64,000 nt of DNA. Origin: Lepidodermella squamata (taxonomy: Eukaryota; Animalia; Gastrotricha). Every line of letters starts with the position of its first letter. The stretch's first letter is position 1. The position numbers were made by a program, and so were the translations under genes. Under the pieces are notes generated by a model. It did not search any database. It was not told where the DNA came from and saw only the letters and a list, made by a program, of their open reading frames with translations. Below are positions 60,539-64,000 of the stretch, piece by piece. The stretch lies in the NCBI GenBank assembly GCA_047495785.1, contig JBLDXI010000024.1:3720001-3784000 (forward strand). Direction: 5' to 3'.

Positions 60539-62839
60539 TCACTCCATCGTTACTTCATGTTCATCGAAGTCGTAAGCATCGTCCGCCTTGGTCTGCTTTT
60601 TACGCGCAGCTTTCCGCGCCTTTTTCGCAGTCAGCTGACGCGATCGATTCACAGACTTCGCGTTCTGATGATCGTCCGAATCTTCATCAGAATTCTCATT
60701 ATCATCCTCGCTGTTACCCGAATCTTTTTCTGCGGGTTTCGGGAGCTTACGATTTGCTTTTTTAATAGTTCTCTCAAGCAAACGCTGTTCATCTACTTTG
60801 GTCGTAACTAACATATCGCCCTCATTTTGCGGAATTTCCTCATCACTCGAGTCGTCTTTAGCGATTTCGAAGCAATTTTCCGGCAGGGTCACTTCGCCGA
60901 TCGACGCGATTTTCATCGATTTTTCACCCAGGCTATCCGTTTCTTTCGCCATTTCCTGTAAAGCCGCAAATTGCTCGTCTGAAATGGCTTCTAAATCGAA
61001 TTCTTTGGCGAGTTGCGTGACCACTGCCGCTGAATCTTCATCGGCGACAATTGGGTCGAGGGCGGCTGGTGGTTCAGTGTAGTAGCCGAGTTTGCCTGAA
61101 TTCCAATCTCGCAGCACCATTTTAGCCGTGCGTTCCAGGTCCGGCACGCCGCCCTTCTTCACCTTGCCCCAGCGCTGGGCCATCAGGGCCAGGAATTCGT
61201 TGGCTGTTTCGAATTGCGGTAGGTTGTAGGCGAGCATCAAGCATCGCTGTGAGCACCGCTTAATTATAGTTTCGACAAGAGGTATCGCATCCTCTACAGT
61301 TTCCGGCTAAAATGAAAAAATATCAATTAATCGCTAAATTGAATCAAGTCCCGGAGAATTTTAGGAATTTTGACGAAATAATTTCAAAATTTTGGAAATG
61401 TTTCGGATAATGAAAAAGCAATGATCAACAAATTTGAATTTTACAATCAAATCAAGTCTATCAAGTCTAAAATAACCAGGTAAACAAAATAAGTGGAAAT
61501 TATTTCTTCTTGCCGTTAAGAAAAAAAATCGAAATGAAAATAATTAGATTGGATTTCCGGTGTAATAATTCGCTACGAAAAAATTTCGAAGGTCATTTGT
61601 AAGAATTTTGAAAGATTCTGGATTTTATATACCTATATAACTCACATTGATGCAATTTCTGAGCACGGCTTCTTCGGCATTGAGATGCTTCGCGAAAATA
61701 ACGCCCGGGCTGTCGACGAGGCGAATATGCTTGTCGAGATTGATTTCTTGCAAGGCACGGGTGACGCCAGCATGAGCACCAACCTGGCACACCTTAGTTC
61801 GTTTCAACGAGTTGATCACACTCGATTTGCCCGTATTCGGCAGCCCAATAATGCCGACTGTTATTGACGTTCTCACGTCTTTAATTCGGCAGTAATTGCC
61901 GAGAATTTTCAGCAGAGACTCGGCGCCGAAACAGCGGCTCGAGTTCGCCGTTTCATCGGCCACAGTTCGGAACCGACCGCCGCGTTTCTGCGACAAATTT
62001 GAGCGTTGAGTTTGAGTTGAGGCTTTGAAAGCGACGCAGGGTAGTTGGCCTTGAAGGACACGCAGCCACTGTTCGACGACTTGTTTCGGCACTAGATCGA
62101 TTTTATTGAGCACCAAGATCAAACGTTTTCCAGCTGACAAAATCTGAGAAAAGGATAAGTCCACCCTAAAGAATGAAATATATTTGATGATAATTAAATT
62201 ACCCTCTGTTCAACATCTTTGCATCGGGTGCCAACAGGATCGCGAGCGTCTATAACCTCCAGAAGCACATCAGACTTTTCAATAACTCTCTTCAAGTCAT
62301 GATAATAAGCTGCAGTGGATCGCTCTTTGACAACCACTGCTTTTTCTGAACCGTTTTCTCCCTGCATTTTCGCCTTTTTCGCCTCGAATTCGCGATTGCG
62401 GTTTTCGGCGTTTTTAGCAAGGGCAGCTAACGGGTTATCATTCACTGCAGCGGCGGAAGCGGCGCGCTTTCGTTTCGCAGCCAATTCCTTCTCTTTAAGC
62501 CGATCTTCTTCAGCCTAAAATTAAGTGAAAAATTAATAGTCGAATTTTCAAAGTTATTCTCTGCAAACCTTGGCTTTCGCTGCAAGTGCTTCTGCAACAA
62601 CTTTATCACGGTAAGGTAGCATGCGGGGAATTCCTGGATCCTTAGCACCCTTATTTTTCGAGGGTCCACGTTTTTTCGCTAATTTTTTCAATTTTCGGTG
62701 ATGCTCTCGGACTTTTCGCTCGACCTTGTACCGCTGACCCGCCTTGACGCGCTTACTGCGCTTTTCTAAATTCAAAACATTCCTCTCAATCTGGATGAAA
62801 TTATCAGCTGAAAAACCTACTCATAAACTTCTTGACCAT
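60539..62839 (-). CDS. GNL3: nucleostemin / GNL3-like circularly permuted GTPase (multi-exon)
   Basis: RYKVERKVREHHRK...KDPGIP, SDVLLEVIDARDP, LNKIDL, GLPNTGKSS, DSPG, KKGGVPD...VLRDWNSGKL. Confidence 0.92.
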
Positions 62840-63014
62840 TTCCGAATCAACTTTATTTAGATAAAAACTCTAATAAAGGCAAAAATACACCATTACCAAT
62901 ATTGCGTCGCTTAGTAAAATTAGTTTCTGATCTTTTGTTAGTGAACCGGAACAAAATAATATTTTTAATATAATTTTTCAGTGTGTTTGTATCAATTTCA
63001 GTACCATATGTCGC

Positions 63015-64000
63015 TTATTTCTTGCTCGTAACAGTGGTGAAAGCCTGCAGTCCAGTAATCGCACGTCCGAGAATCAAAGCGTGAACATCAGCCGTGCCTT
63101 CGTAAGTATTAACAGTTTCCAAATTCACCATATGCCTAATAATGTGGTACTCGTCCGAAATTCCGTTTCCGCCCAAAATGTCGCGGCAATGGCGAGCGAT
63201 GTCAAGTGATTTTTGACATGAGTTGCGTTTGATGAGAGAAACCATTTCCGGGACAAGAAGGCCTTGTTCCTTCAACCGACCGACCTGATGGCAAGCTTGT
63301 AGACCAATGCTAATTTCGGTCGCCATATCGGCGAACTTCTTTTGGATCAACTGCATCTGAGCGAGGGGCTGGTTAAACTGAATGCGGTCCAATGTATACT
63401 GCCTTGCAGCGTGGAAGCAAAACTCGGCAGCTCCGAGAGCTCCCCAAGCAATACCATAGCGAGCTTGATTTAAACATGAGAAGGGTCCGTTCAGACCTTT
63501 GGCGGTGGGAAGAAGCGAGCTTTCCTCATCAACAACCACGTTATCCATCACGATCTGACCAGTAATGGACGCCCTCAGAGACATTTTACCATGAATGGTT
63601 GGAGTTTCGAAGCCTTTCATACCGCGCTCGAGAATAAAGCCTCGAATAGGTTTGCCGGGTTCAGAAACACTCTTAGCCCAAACGACTGCGATATCGGCAA
63701 TAGGTGAGTTTGTGATCCAAGTTTTCGATCCGCTTATTTTGTAACGACGTTTACCGCTCGATTCATCCAGAACAGCGACTGTTTCCATGCCACTTGGGTT
63801 TGAACCATGGTTGGGTTCAGTAAGACCAAAACAGCCAATCAGCTCACCACGAGCAAGGCCGGGGATGTATTTGTTCTTCTGAGCATCTGTCCCGAAGGTG
63901 AAAATTGGGTACATCACGAGGGAAGACTGGACGGACATCGCGCTACGATAACCACTATCAACGCGCTCGATTTCCCGTGCCATCAACCCGTACGCGACAG
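63015..64000 (-). CDS. GCDH: glutaryl-CoA dehydrogenase (5' part beyond window)
   Basis: [71 protein letters not shown]. Confidence 0.95.
   Translation of the reverse strand, partial: VAYGLMAREIERVDSGYRSAMSVQSSLVMYPIFTFGTDAQKNKYIPGLARGELIGCFGLTEPNHGSNPSGMETVAVLDESSGKRRYKISGSKTWITNSPIADIAVVWAKSVSEPGKPIRGFILERGMKGFETPTIHGKMSLRASITGQIVMDNVVVDEESSLLPTAKGLNGPFSCLNQARYGIAWGALGAAEFCFHAARQYTLDRIQFNQPLAQMQLIQKKFADMATEISIGLQACHQVGRLKEQGLLVPEMVSLIKRNSCQKSLDIARHCRDILGGNGISDEYHIIRHMVNLETVNTYEGTADVHALILGRAITGLQAFTTVTSKK

Overview
Gene-dense eukaryotic (invertebrate animal-like) genomic DNA with short (~50 nt) GT-AG introns. Host genes recognised by motif or recalled orthologue sequence: WDR19/IFT144 (with an intronic U2 snRNA), LRRC69, ARMC3, two HSP20 copies, porcupine, ERO1, a TPR+RRM protein, an SLC18B1-like MFS transporter, MIC19/CHCHD3, an ankyrin protein, four tandem telobox-like Myb genes, a SANTA-domain (KNL2/M18BP1-like) gene, tRNA-Arg(ACG), tRNA-Ala(CGC), GNL3 and GCDH. 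Two complete DNA transposons are present. (1) A 5356-bp Mutator/NOF-Foldback-like element (667-6022; 492-bp TIRs, 9-bp TSD) whose spliced transposase is fused to an AT-hook and an OTU protease. (2) The best candidate for a new system: a 4749-bp DD41D (rosa/Visitor) Tc1/mariner element (36119-40867; 26-bp TIRs, TA TSD). Besides an intact transposase it carries a long hairpin and three cargo genes, two of which look like miniaturised nuclear-envelope proteins: a NEMP-like membrane protein and a Brambleberry/GEX1/Kar5-like nuclear-fusion protein. Also notable: three copies of an orphan secreted peptide with a conserved promoter linked to GC-rich HSP20 genes, a stand-alone retrotransposon-type restriction-like endonuclease ORF, and a pair of Gag-like double zinc-knuckle genes. 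All family assignments are by eye from recalled motifs; no database search was run.
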